64,000 nucleotides of DNA from Candidatus Nomurabacteria bacterium (GTDB lineage: Bacteria; Patescibacteriota; Dojkabacteria; SC72; JAHDCA01). The DNA is taken from positions 377,900 to 441,899 of the forward strand of contig JACKFQ010000001.1 of NCBI GenBank assembly GCA_020632395.1, read 5' to 3'. Made by a program: the position numbers and the translations under genes. Of this stretch, positions 1-10,010 are shown piece after piece (position 1 is the first letter of the stretch; the number at the start of each line of letters is the position of its first letter). Under the pieces are notes generated by a model. That model was not told the DNA's origin. It worked only from the letters and a program-made list of their open reading frames with translations, and made no database searches.

Positions 1-343
1 ACATACCTTCCTGACGGCAAACGGTTCGCCCTATCAGTCTCTGACCAATGCGTTCTTCCCTAAAGCCGGGCATACGTTTACAGCGGCCGATTTCCGCCAC
101 CTTCAGAGTCCCGTTTCGATACACTGCTCAGGCGGCTATGATGGCCTGCATGGTGTGATTGGTATTGACCAATATTTTTGGGGTGTCAATGAAGACGCAG
201 AGATGTTCATCGGCCAAGATGCTCCTGAGGGATGCATGGTTGTAGAATATTTCGGAGATGACTTCGTTGATGCGACCGAAAATCGGACGGATGCTCAAGA
301 AGATTGGGTTGACCTGCGCGAGGCGCTGGAGAACAACCGGTAG
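1..343 (+). CDS. Partial CDS (C-terminal fragment) of unknown protein entering from upstream of window
   Basis: Frame containing ORF 155..343 is open back to nt 2 with no stop; the GTG at 155 is only the ORF caller's start; acidic C-terminus; local GC visibly higher than rest of window. Confidence 0.5.
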   Translation, partial: HTFLTANGSPYQSLTNAFFPKAGHTFTAADFRHLQSPVSIHCSGGYDGLHGVIGIDQYFWGVNEDAEMFIGQDAPEGCMVVEYFGDDFVDATENRTDAQEDWVDLREALENNR

Positions 344-370
344 AGCGGTCATGAGAGATTTAAGAAGAAA

Positions 371-402
371 GGTGGCCGCTTGGTCAAACAGGCGGCCGCC
401 TT
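371..402 (+). terminator. GC-rich hairpin (ggtggccgc / gcggccgcc, 12-nt loop) downstream of the partial CDS
   Basis: 9-bp GC stem read directly; only a 2-nt T tail, so terminator function is uncertain. Confidence 0.35.
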
Positions 403-575
403 AATCACCCATCTTCACTTCTCTCTACACATGTATACAATCAAAGATTCGATTGTGTATATATGTAGAGGTCCAATTCACGAGAGAATACGAATACAAA
501 TACCACCCGAAAGGGTGGTATTTTTTTATCGACTAAAGTCACGTAAATATTTAAAGCTTCAAACCAAATACAAAC

Positions 576-1253
576 TTGCACCCACAACTTATTTCGCATA
601 TATTGTATGTAAGCATCAATTTATTTCTGCCTATTTTTATGGACACAGATCTTAAAAACCAAGCATCGCAGGCGCTTTTAACGCGTGACTACGATCAAAT
701 CCAGGACCTCATCAAGAAGCTAGAAAGCCAAGATGATCCTGAAGTACAGGAACTAGTTTCCGAATTAAAGAAATTTACTAAAGAAGATCTGGCTCCGTCG
801 GAAGCAGAAGTAAAGCTAGCAGAGCTTTACGATTTCCTCCAAAGTGAGTATGAGATGTCCGAGGAAGATGCAGATCAAATTACAGAATCAATTGCTCATG
901 GTGCAACATCAAGAGCATTCGTTATGATAGTTGAGTCATTAAACCCAGAAGCTAGGCAGAAGTGGGATAAATTAATGGACTCAGCACCAAACCCAATGCA
1001 AATAGGCGTTGCATTGGATTCAGTCGCACAGATGCTACATGGGAAGACATATGATGATTTACATGAAGAAGTTCTTCTCACACTAATTAATGAATTTAAG
1101 TCAGCCATGTCCGAAGCTGAAGATATGGCAGACAAAATTAAATCTCTCACTGATGAACAGCAAGCACACGTACAGAAGATGCTTGATATGGGATATGGTG
1201 AGATGGCACATAACCTATTAGACGCATTCAACGATGGCAGTAGAGAATCTTAA
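576..1253 (+). CDS. Hypothetical acidic all-helical protein (probable true start ATG at 639); overlaps start of giant gene by 20 nt
   Basis: 225-aa ORF rich in E/D/K with no TM; stop overlaps ATG of downstream ORF (ATGgcagtagagaatcTTAA), suggesting translational coupling. Confidence 0.5.
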   Translation: MHPQLISHILYVSINLFLPIFMDTDLKNQASQALLTRDYDQIQDLIKKLESQDDPEVQELVSELKKFTKEDLAPSEAEVKLAELYDFLQSEYEMSEEDADQITESIAHGATSRAFVMIVESLNPEARQKWDKLMDSAPNPMQIGVALDSVAQMLHGKTYDDLHEEVLLTLINEFKSAMSEAEDMADKIKSLTDEQQAHVQKMLDMGYGEMAHNLLDAFNDGSRES

Positions 1254-4200
1254 CCTAAACGAAGTATCTGGAAACGCACCTGACAAGAGAGAAGAGTCCT
1301 ACGATCTTATCGTTGAGAAGAAAGATCAGCACCCTCATGAGCTTGTAGAAAAAGGGCTTAACAGAGAGCTGTTTGATATTATCGAAGCGCATGTAGCCGC
1401 ACAGAATACATCTGTCGAAGCAAATATAGAAGGCGGACGTGTTGAGCAACCAGTACTTGATAGATATGAGGCTGTAGTTAGAGGTGGAGTTGTAAATGCT
1501 AGGGTAGCTGAATCACTACCACCAGCAAATGGTGCTCAAGCCGCGAAAGAGAAGTTAAAGAGTACTTCGGAATTCATTCTTGGTAAGGGATATAAGTCTG
1601 TTGCAGACGACATGTCAGGAGCACTCTTGACAGAAGCTACAAATCAAAATATCCAACTAACCGATGCCGCAAGAGCAGCATATGACATGGCAGTATATAT
1701 GCCTAGGCTTATACGTCCTGGTGCGTTGAATCCAAATAGAGGTGATAGCAATAGGATACCAGCTGACGGTTATGCACAGGAATTTACAGAGACACTTCGA
1801 CAACATGCATCGGTTGAAAACATTGATCTTAATGAAGATGCATTAATAGAGCTCTTTATTCGTAGCAATCCTGCCGATTTTGATCCAAACAATCCAGAGC
1901 ATAAAGCAATCTTGACGAGACTTTCTGGTCAAGATACTGATCCAGCGGCTATAAAGCTCCTTCAAGAGCAGTTTGCTGCTAATAAAGAAAAAATTAATAA
2001 GACAGTTGCTGGAGATCCAGCAGGTGATACGAGACTCATTGTACATCAATACGAAATCAATGATACTGATACTGATGAAGCAAAAATATTAAAGGGAGCA
2101 GCAAACGCTGCTCTTACAGTGCTTCATAATTCTGGATCGGCTGGTAGGGAAACACGTGTTAAGAAGATCCAGCATTCAATCAACATAGTAAATGCGGGTA
2201 AGAAATTCTATGAAGAGGCGAAAGCAAAGAAGCCATTAGCAGAAATATCCGAGAATGCATTGAACAATCTCGGACAATTCAATGAAACAATTGCAGATAG
2301 ACATCCAGAGTCTCGAGAATTAAGAAAAACATTAACTGAAGCAAAAGATAGAACCGTAGAAGTAGAAGCTCTCGCTAGTGGTCCAGTCGGACTCAAACGA
2401 GAGATAGTTGGCAAGATGACAGAGCTACTATCAGCTGAAGATAAGGCAACAGTAGAAGCATTACTCGAAAAAGAGCGAAATGGTGAAGGCGGTGTAACGC
2501 TTGAGAAGGTCATTGATCGTGCATTAGTTCTATCAATGAAGGGTGATGAAGCTAGCCAAGCAAAGATGAGCGAGTTAGCACACTCTTATGCAAATGTTAG
2601 ATTCCTCGAGCAGTATGCAAAAGAGCTTGGTGGAGATGATCCTGAGAAACAGGCTGGATACTTTGCAGTACTTGCAGCAAGTTTACTCAAAGAAGGTGAT
2701 CAACCAAAAGAAAACTTAAAGAAATTAATGTTCGGTCTTGCGAATGGTAATACTGCAGATATTAGGCTGTATGTTACAGACTTCGATCGTATTGCAGCAT
2801 TACTACCTGAGGGCTTTGATTGGGATAGTGTGAAAGCAAAGATGGTACAAGATGAGAATACTGATATGACAAGAATGCAGCAAGGTAACCAACCGGCAAT
2901 TGCATTGCGACATCTCAAAACACCAAGTGCTAAAGATGCTTCATATATCAACACTATAATCCCAGACTTCAATAAGATAAGAAACTGGGAGATCGCACGA
3001 CATGTATACGAACAGAAGGAGAAAGCAGAAAATACAAGATTAGACGAATTGAAGGCAATAGCTCGAGCATTAGGTGTACCAGCAGATAAAGTTGATGGTG
3101 CAGCCACTAGACTACTTGAGTTATTAGTACCACCAGCAGAAGATGCTGAGAATTATAGAAAAGGCTTAGTACCATTTGACAAGATTATTGAAGCTGCTGC
3201 GACAGGAGCTCCAGTAGGTGATGGTTACCAAAGATATGTAGAAGAGATGAGACATCAGCTTCTATGTGCAATTGAAGGTACAAACCCAGCAGAAGCTGCA
3301 GAAGTAGTAAGATTCGAGAATTACGAGCAATTAGTCGACTCTGTAAGAGAACAGGCAGATGAGCAAAATGCCGATAAGCTAGCTGGTGAGATTGACCTAA
3401 ATGGAAAGAAAGTAACCTCTGAGGAGGCCATGTACTACAATGCAAATCCTGAGGCATTCAAGAAGAACTTTGAAGAACAGAGTGATGGTAAGTGGTGGAA
3501 GAATATGTGGACCAAGTTCAAATCTGGTGGTTGGAAGAAATTATGGAAACCAGCAGCTACTATTGTACTATCTGGAGTTGCTGCGACAGCTGGAGGATTT
3601 GTTGCAGCTGGTGCAACAGCAGTATTATTAGGTATGCAGGCACACCGTATGTGGACAGGTTTTGGGAAAGCAAAACAACAGTTCCAAGCTGCTAGGGATG
3701 ACTCAAAAGGACAAGGCTGGAAAGCAATCGCTAAAACAATGGTGCCAGCTGTAGTTGGTCTTGCATGGGGTCTTGGAACTCAGTCAGCATTTGAAATGAT
3801 TGGATACCCTGCAGGTGCACTTGTGACATCAGCCATTGAGTTGGGTGGTATCTACTTATGGAGAAAGAAAGGTCTGAAAGAATCTCAAAATATCATGCGT
3901 ACACAGCTTGAGAAGTATCAAAAGACTTTCTCAGATAGAGTTGTTGCAATGACAGAGTCTGAGGCCGATAAAACCTTCAGAGCTGCAATCATGGACGTGC
4001 TTGCACTTACAGATGCAGAGCGAGAAGGATTAACAAACCAACAATTAAACGAAAAAATTATTGCATTTAGAAAGAAAGCTTACGAAGATCATGATCAACA
4101 GAAGTTACGTCAACTTGGTGGTCTTGTAGATAACTGGATGAAGCATAAAGATGCTGAAGATACACAAACTGATGCAGACAAGAAAGTTTATGCAATGTTG

Positions 4201-7119
4201 CTATCTGAGAATCTAAGATCTAAAGAAACATTAAAGCAGCATTACAGTCAGATAGCTACATTCACAATCTTTAGTGGTCTTGGTAAGACTACACGTACTA
4301 TAGGAAGAAGTGTTGATAAGCTATTCGCTGCAACAGGTACAGAAGCCGCAACAGGCTCTGCCGAAGCAGTAAGCGAATCAGCAGCTCCACAGTCTGAGAT
4401 GACAGTAGCAAATGTTGGAGATAGGTTAGATTCACAATTTGATAGTCACTTTGCACAACAGGGTGGTGGAACATTGCTAGGATTACAAGAACGACAAAAT
4501 GGTACAGTATTAGCACTGTTTGATACTGATGGAAACGGTACTGCTGATATGGCCGTCCCAGTATCTGGTATGACAGCAGCAGCATTACATGATGGATCTG
4601 CAGATGTAAGTACAGCAGGATTAGACTTTGACCATGTCGCTTACCTAGGGCATGAGATGCCATCAGGTACAGATTATGATGAGTATCTAGCTGGTAATCA
4701 AGATTTTGCACATGAATTTGAGTCGATGACTGGACATAGCGCAGATAGCGTCACAGCATTTAGCGTTGAGGTTCCAGCAGGTGCACACTCAGGTCCAGTA
4801 GGATTCATTGATGTAGACAGAGACGGTGACTTTGACTATGTTGCAGTCATGGGTGAAGATGGAAATATTGATTATGTTGAAAGTGATAGTTACTTCGAAT
4901 CTATGAATGGATTCGTAGCTATACCTGGCGGTGGCCAGATTGAATATGAAGCTCACCCAATTGTTGATAGTAACGGTAATGTATTCGTATCACTTGAATC
5001 AGAAGATGGAAATGTACTTTCTATTGTAAATCCAGTAGATGGATCTCACTTAGATAGTGTTACAACATTGTCGGGATCAACAATTACACTAAAAGATGAG
5101 TTTACATTTGTAGTTGAAGGAAGCAGCACATCTACAGTTGAAGTAGGTGAAGTTGCTGAACTACAAACACATTATGATATTGACCAAGATTGGAACTCAG
5201 ATATGGCCGATGGAGTAGCAGACCACAGTACCCACTGGGGTAGCATTAAGAGAATCGGAGTGGAAAGCGGACTATCAGAAGGTCAGGCTAACCAATTCGC
5301 AAATGATGCAGTAGCAGAAGCACGAGGAGGTGGTGGTTTACCTCCTGTATTCAAGGGAGATTCATTTGATCTTAAGAATTTAGCACCTGATACAGTTGAG
5401 AAATATCGTGGTATTTTGAACGAGACCGGTGGAAGTACTGTTACAGATACAACACGTGAGATTGTAACTATTTCAAGGACATCAATTACAGTTCCAATGG
5501 TAGCAACTGAACTAACTCCAGTTCATGAAAGTGTTTCATTATCATCACTCACATCTACGGCAACAGGATTCACAGTTTACAATGGAGCATTGAATGACTT
5601 GCCAGACATCGCAGCTGGTGAAGCTAGACCAAATGCATGGGAAAGACTAGTAAACTGGGGTAATCCAAGAGAAGCAATGGCAGGTACTGATGTTAAAATC
5701 GATGGAGCACCTGAAAGTTGGACCGAAGAAAACACAGTAGTTCACTTAGTAACATCAGATGGAACAGAAGTAGAAGTACCATTAAGTAGAATGACTGATA
5801 TGGCCACAGAGAACGGTGGTGTTGTGGTTAGATATGTCACACAAGATGGAGAATACGCTACAGTTAGCGGTTTTGGAGCATCACTTGAAGGTCCTGACGG
5901 AGGAATAATCGGACTCGCAGATGCTCGAATAACAGGTGCAACATACACATTAACAGCAGGTGAAGTAGGGCAAGGTGGTGCAACTGAAGCAGTAGGATAT
6001 GCAGGCGGAGTTGGCGGTGGAGCTACAGCAAATAATGTAGTCTATGCCAATGGCGTAGGCAGTGGTGCAGCAGCAGGTAGTACAACAACAGTAGTTGGTG
6101 ATGCAGTACAGAATGCAGGTACAACTACATCTACAGCAAATGTACCAGGCATTGACCCAGAGACAATCTATACACCAGAAGGTTCTACAACAGCTACATC
6201 AGAGGTATTTAATGATGGTAACTCAATGGAAGTAGTAGACCCATGGGTAGGTAAAGATTACACAGTTACAAATCCGGATATCGAGTTTGTACAAGTGAAC
6301 CAACCTTTCTCAAACTCACCAACTAACATTCCAGCATACATGGTGGAAAAGGTGATCAGAGGCCAAGAAGTGCAACTAAAAGATGAATTTGGAGGAGCTA
6401 CAATAGAATCTAATGGAGATATGGAATTCATATTCTCTGATGGTACCGATATTGATATCCCAGAAGATCGAAATATCTTCGAGACTATCTATGATACAGT
6501 AAGAGGTAAAGCTGAGAATGTATTAGAGGATGTGAATGATATGAGAGCAAGTATAAATGCAAATCAAGGAATAGGTGGATATATTCGAAGAGAAATACAA
6601 GAGACATCTGATGATTTCGGTAGATTGAACGCTGATAGGCTAATATATGATGCTGGACCTGGTCAACCAGATTGGATACTACCAGAGGAGATACAAGAGT
6701 TCAGAGTAGAGACTGACGACGGAATAGTCACAGTACCTAGACATCTAGTCTCATCATTAACCGACGGTGGATTAATGCGAAGAGGAGATGAATCACCATT
6801 ACAAGGTATCGTACATGGAGTATGGAAAGGCCCTAATGGTGAAACAGAAATGGTATATGACATAGAAGGTGATTTACAAGCAGATGGAGCCCTAAATTCA
6901 TACCCGTTAACTCCAGAAGAGGCATATAAACTATATCATGATGATTCTTTTGTACCGTCCTATGATGCAGAACAGATTTATCGACCTACACCAGTTGTAC
7001 CTCCAGTACGGCAAAATGCAGTACCTGTACAACCTAATGTAGCTCCTGTAGCACTAGGTGCTAATTTTGACCCTATGAATACAATTAATAGGGATCAAAT
7101 GGCGAATGTCCCTGTATAA
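1234..7119 (+). CDS. Giant (1961 aa) membrane-spanning protein: N-terminal helical region, central cluster of about 3 TM helices, C-terminal about 1000-aa Asp/Gly/Thr-rich region with DxDxDG Ca-binding-like loops and Pro-rich tail
   Basis: Single uninterrupted ORF. TM segments at aa about 775-850 (AATIVLSGVAATAGGFVAAGATAVLLG, VPAVVGLAWGLGTQSAF, GALVTSAIELGGIYLW). Motifs FDTDGNGTAD and DVDRDGDFDYV. In-frame stop 12 nt upstream of ATG fixes the N-terminus. Confidence 0.8.
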   Translation: MAVENLNLNEVSGNAPDKREESYDLIVEKKDQHPHELVEKGLNRELFDIIEAHVAAQNTSVEANIEGGRVEQPVLDRYEAVVRGGVVNARVAESLPPANGAQAAKEKLKSTSEFILGKGYKSVADDMSGALLTEATNQNIQLTDAARAAYDMAVYMPRLIRPGALNPNRGDSNRIPADGYAQEFTETLRQHASVENIDLNEDALIELFIRSNPADFDPNNPEHKAILTRLSGQDTDPAAIKLLQEQFAANKEKINKTVAGDPAGDTRLIVHQYEINDTDTDEAKILKGAANAALTVLHNSGSAGRETRVKKIQHSINIVNAGKKFYEEAKAKKPLAEISENALNNLGQFNETIADRHPESRELRKTLTEAKDRTVEVEALASGPVGLKREIVGKMTELLSAEDKATVEALLEKERNGEGGVTLEKVIDRALVLSMKGDEASQAKMSELAHSYANVRFLEQYAKELGGDDPEKQAGYFAVLAASLLKEGDQPKENLKKLMFGLANGNTADIRLYVTDFDRIAALLPEGFDWDSVKAKMVQDENTDMTRMQQGNQPAIALRHLKTPSAKDASYINTIIPDFNKIRNWEIARHVYEQKEKAENTRLDELKAIARALGVPADKVDGAATRLLELLVPPAEDAENYRKGLVPFDKIIEAAATGAPVGDGYQRYVEEMRHQLLCAIEGTNPAEAAEVVRFENYEQLVDSVREQADEQNADKLAGEIDLNGKKVTSEEAMYYNANPEAFKKNFEEQSDGKWWKNMWTKFKSGGWKKLWKPAATIVLSGVAATAGGFVAAGATAVLLGMQAHRMWTGFGKAKQQFQAARDDSKGQGWKAIAKTMVPAVVGLAWGLGTQSAFEMIGYPAGALVTSAIELGGIYLWRKKGLKESQNIMRTQLEKYQKTFSDRVVAMTESEADKTFRAAIMDVLALTDAEREGLTNQQLNEKIIAFRKKAYEDHDQQKLRQLGGLVDNWMKHKDAEDTQTDADKKVYAMLLSENLRSKETLKQHYSQIATFTIFSGLGKTTRTIGRSVDKLFAATGTEAATGSAEAVSESAAPQSEMTVANVGDRLDSQFDSHFAQQGGGTLLGLQERQNGTVLALFDTDGNGTADMAVPVSGMTAAALHDGSADVSTAGLDFDHVAYLGHEMPSGTDYDEYLAGNQDFAHEFESMTGHSADSVTAFSVEVPAGAHSGPVGFIDVDRDGDFDYVAVMGEDGNIDYVESDSYFESMNGFVAIPGGGQIEYEAHPIVDSNGNVFVSLESEDGNVLSIVNPVDGSHLDSVTTLSGSTITLKDEFTFVVEGSSTSTVEVGEVAELQTHYDIDQDWNSDMADGVADHSTHWGSIKRIGVESGLSEGQANQFANDAVAEARGGGGLPPVFKGDSFDLKNLAPDTVEKYRGILNETGGSTVTDTTREIVTISRTSITVPMVATELTPVHESVSLSSLTSTATGFTVYNGALNDLPDIAAGEARPNAWERLVNWGNPREAMAGTDVKIDGAPESWTEENTVVHLVTSDGTEVEVPLSRMTDMATENGGVVVRYVTQDGEYATVSGFGASLEGPDGGIIGLADARITGATYTLTAGEVGQGGATEAVGYAGGVGGGATANNVVYANGVGSGAAAGSTTTVVGDAVQNAGTTTSTANVPGIDPETIYTPEGSTTATSEVFNDGNSMEVVDPWVGKDYTVTNPDIEFVQVNQPFSNSPTNIPAYMVEKVIRGQEVQLKDEFGGATIESNGDMEFIFSDGTDIDIPEDRNIFETIYDTVRGKAENVLEDVNDMRASINANQGIGGYIRREIQETSDDFGRLNADRLIYDAGPGQPDWILPEEIQEFRVETDDGIVTVPRHLVSSLTDGGLMRRGDESPLQGIVHGVWKGPNGETEMVYDIEGDLQADGALNSYPLTPEEAYKLYHDDSFVPSYDAEQIYRPTPVVPPVRQNAVPVQPNVAPVALGANFDPMNTINRDQMANVPV

Positions 7120-7155
7120 GGATCTTAGTTTTAGTTATTAAGCCTGGTTTATACT

Positions 7156-7187
7156 GAAGCTCTGCAAACGCGGAGCTTCTTTTATTT
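7156..7187 (+). terminator. Rho-independent terminator after giant gene
   Basis: gaagctc-tgcaaacgcg-gagcttc stem-loop followed by ttttattt. Confidence 0.55.
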
Positions 7188-7344
7188 ATGAATATCATCA
7201 ACTTGGTGTATATATAGCATATTTACATATTGCGATCATTTTCTGTAATTTCAAGCCCTTCGGGGGGGGATAATTACAGCATACAATCTTGATAAGTCTT
7301 GATTAGCACCTACTAGAGTGTTAATGTGTTTTTGTTAATATACA

Positions 7345-8157
7345 TTGACTATCGATTTAATGCACCCAGAATTACGACAAACCATCAAATTCACCCTGAA
7401 AATTGGCTTACCTGTTATCATCCTGTCTCTAGCCCTAGCATTTCTTGTCGGAATCTTTGAATCACCCCATAACCCAGCATTTTCAGATCCAAGCTATGTG
7501 ATCTGGTGGTGGGCTTCAACCATCTCGACAGTAGGCTATGGTGATATCACACCTGTAACAAATCTTGGGCATTTTTTTGGTATCTTACTGATCTTTTCGA
7601 GTTTGATATTCTTTTCGTTGATAATCTCTGAGATTGGGAATATTGTGAGGATCCTAGCTCAATATAAGTCTAAGGGTTACGCATCAGTCAATCATCGTGG
7701 ACATGTGGTCATTTTGGGATATAACTCATTCACTAATGGTCTAATTGATATGTTGTTTGAAAGATACGGTAAAGATACTAAGATCGTAATCATATCTAAT
7801 TATTTAAAACAGGTTCCTCGGAGTGATATAGAATTAGTCAGCGGAGATCCTTTAGATAAAGAGATCTTACGAAAAGCAAGTCTTTATCATGCCTCAATTG
7901 CTATTATAATGACTAGTGACAATTTGACCTCGCCTGATACATACACCTTAGTTCTTGGTCTCCAGATAGAACGTTATGCACCAAAAATTGTCTCGATCGC
8001 CGAGTTGAGAGATCCTCAAATGCGAGATCTGTTTAAGCACACCAAAATGGATCACGTTATTTGGGAATCATCACTTATCGATAGCATACTAAAAGGCGAT
8101 AAAGAAGAGGAAGTGAAACTCTTCAAGCTTCTTGATTACGCACTGAAAGAAAAATGA
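7345..8157 (+). CDS. Two-TM potassium channel with C-terminal RCK/TrkA-N domain (MthK-like); real start probably ATG at 7360
   Basis: Selectivity filter TVGYGD; Rossmann-like VVILGYNSFTNGLIDML after pore module; ORF-track start is TTG. Confidence 0.85.
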   Translation: MTIDLMHPELRQTIKFTLKIGLPVIILSLALAFLVGIFESPHNPAFSDPSYVIWWWASTISTVGYGDITPVTNLGHFFGILLIFSSLIFFSLIISEIGNIVRILAQYKSKGYASVNHRGHVVILGYNSFTNGLIDMLFERYGKDTKIVIISNYLKQVPRSDIELVSGDPLDKEILRKASLYHASIAIIMTSDNLTSPDTYTLVLGLQIERYAPKIVSIAELRDPQMRDLFKHTKMDHVIWESSLIDSILKGDKEEEVKLFKLLDYALKEK

Positions 8158-8255
8158 TCACTTCTGATACGTTAATTATCAACCTTTCAGGTCCAAAACT
8201 CATAGCTGTTCAGAACCTGATCAAAAAACTGTCGCTCTAGGTTCAAAGAGCATTA

Positions 8256-9737
8256 TCACCCCAACGGATGCTTCTCTTTATGCGTCTCTTCAGCAAATCT
8301 ATCGCTCGCATGCACATAGCGGGTCGTTGTCTGCAAACTCTCGTGACCAAGCAGAACCTGTATAGCAGCAGGGGAGGCGCCATTCTCCGCAAGATAGGTC
8401 GCAAAACCGTGCCTCAAAGAGTGTGCGGAAGTAGGCACCTGAATTCCAAGTCTACGCCTATATGCTGCGATCTTCTCTTGTAAATGATTTGTAGATAAAC
8501 GTCGACCGCGTCTGCCATTTCTCCCGCCACTAAAAGGTATAAATAGGGCAGGGGATGTGAATTTCGCTAGAAAGTTCGTGCGTTTGTGATTCTCAAGTAG
8601 GGCGAGATTCTGGAACTCGGCAGCTCGCTTCTCATATTCAGCACGAGACATACCATCAGTAAATGCTTTACTGTCATCCCCACCGCGTGAAACACCTATA
8701 TTCTGGGAGGTTTCACGATCAGTGTTATTTTCTGAGCCATCAATCTCAAGCTCGATCGATTCTTCACCTTCGATATCCAATCCTTTCTTTGTACCAAAAC
8801 TTATGAGCTTCACTTTCTGACCCGGCATCTTTCCGTCGAACCTTTCGGGATCGACATTCTCATCAACATATCTCAGACGGATACCGAGATACTGGTCGAT
8901 CCAATACATAGCACGGTGGGTAAGATATACAAAACGACCCTTACGGCCTTTACCAACTATATATAACTTACCAGAGAGTCCCACATTCTCAAGATCTAAT
9001 CCTATCAATTCGGATATACGCATACCAGTACTGAATAGTAGCTCTAACATAGCACGATTTCGCAATGCCACACGCTCGTCAGCTTCAAATTGCATCGGAC
9101 ATTCGATTAAAGCAACAAGCTCATCGAACTCAGCAACTCCTTTATTCTTCTTATCAGCTTTGATCAGTTTGATCGCATCTGGTGCTACCGGATAATCCAG
9201 ATCGAATTCGATCCTGTATTTCAAATATGAACGCAATGCTGATAGCATTCGATTGACGCTTCGTGCATCCAAACCTTTAGATGCGTCTGGATGGGTCGAT
9301 CCTAACTTCAGACTTCCTAATGTACCGTAAACCTTCCGATAGACATCATCCAGATATGTTTCAGACCTCTTGTGCACATTTTCGTCATTCTCGACCTGTT
9401 CAGAGGGTATGTTCATAGCACCCTCATCCGCTTCGTTCGTTCTAGACCCCTTAGAGGGCTTCGAGCCCATTTCAGTTGATATACCAGCATTTCTGGCAAC
9501 ATCTTCTCTAAATCTATTCAGATCTATCAGATGATCTCCATTTTTTAAGTATCCTTTATACATGGTGATAGCTTTCTTGTCGAAATTCATAAAATCGTAT
9601 CCGTTGGTTTTCAGGAACAGAGCAAATATACACAGATCCCTTGCGTAGTTATATACAGTTCGCATTGAGTAATTGTTGTTTTGCAGATCCAATAGATAGT
9701 CATCTTGATCTGGTAATTTTGGGAATTTGTATTCCAT
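8256..9737 (-). CDS. Tyrosine recombinase, XerC/XerD/integrase family, with two large lineage-specific insertions
   Basis: N-terminal SAM-like core-binding region; catalytic box HSLRHGFATYL (HxxR) and LLGHESLQTTTRYVH (Tyr nucleophile); about 90-aa and about 140-aa inserts relative to canonical 300-aa Xer. Confidence 0.8.
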   Translation of the reverse strand: MEYKFPKLPDQDDYLLDLQNNNYSMRTVYNYARDLCIFALFLKTNGYDFMNFDKKAITMYKGYLKNGDHLIDLNRFREDVARNAGISTEMGSKPSKGSRTNEADEGAMNIPSEQVENDENVHKRSETYLDDVYRKVYGTLGSLKLGSTHPDASKGLDARSVNRMLSALRSYLKYRIEFDLDYPVAPDAIKLIKADKKNKGVAEFDELVALIECPMQFEADERVALRNRAMLELLFSTGMRISELIGLDLENVGLSGKLYIVGKGRKGRFVYLTHRAMYWIDQYLGIRLRYVDENVDPERFDGKMPGQKVKLISFGTKKGLDIEGEESIELEIDGSENNTDRETSQNIGVSRGGDDSKAFTDGMSRAEYEKRAAEFQNLALLENHKRTNFLAKFTSPALFIPFSGGRNGRRGRRLSTNHLQEKIAAYRRRLGIQVPTSAHSLRHGFATYLAENGASPAAIQVLLGHESLQTTTRYVHASDRFAEETHKEKHPLG

Positions 9738-9930
9738 ACTTCAATCTACATAATTAATTGGTATGACACAAATATTTGTGCCAATATACGAAACATCTGT
9801 TCTAATATGCAAAAATGCCCGTGAGATAAGTAATTTTGATGAATAAGTACTGTATATATTATTTAGAGCAGATAATAATTCGATTATCAAACACCTCACA
9901 CCCCTCAGAAATGCCTCTATACCAAGCGAA

Positions 9931-10010
9931 ATAGGGTGCATAGGGGAATTTCCCATCACAAAATAGGGTAAATAGGGGTTATGCTTCAAATATACTGTTA
10001 GATAGGGGTT
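9931..10010. repeat. Five direct ATAGGG(G) repeats plus GGGAA-T-TTCCC palindrome, 190-270 nt upstream of recombinase start
   Basis: Read directly: atagggtg, cataggggaa, aaatagggta, aataggggtt, gataggggtt; palindrome at 9944-9954. Confidence 0.5.

Noticed and set aside
128-352. 74-aa minus-strand ORF
   Set aside because: Fully antisense to the better-supported plus-strand partial CDS that is open to the window edge.
1843-6863. Several 60-135-aa minus-strand ORFs inside the giant gene
   Set aside because: Antisense to a continuous 5.9-kb coding frame; typical shadow ORFs.
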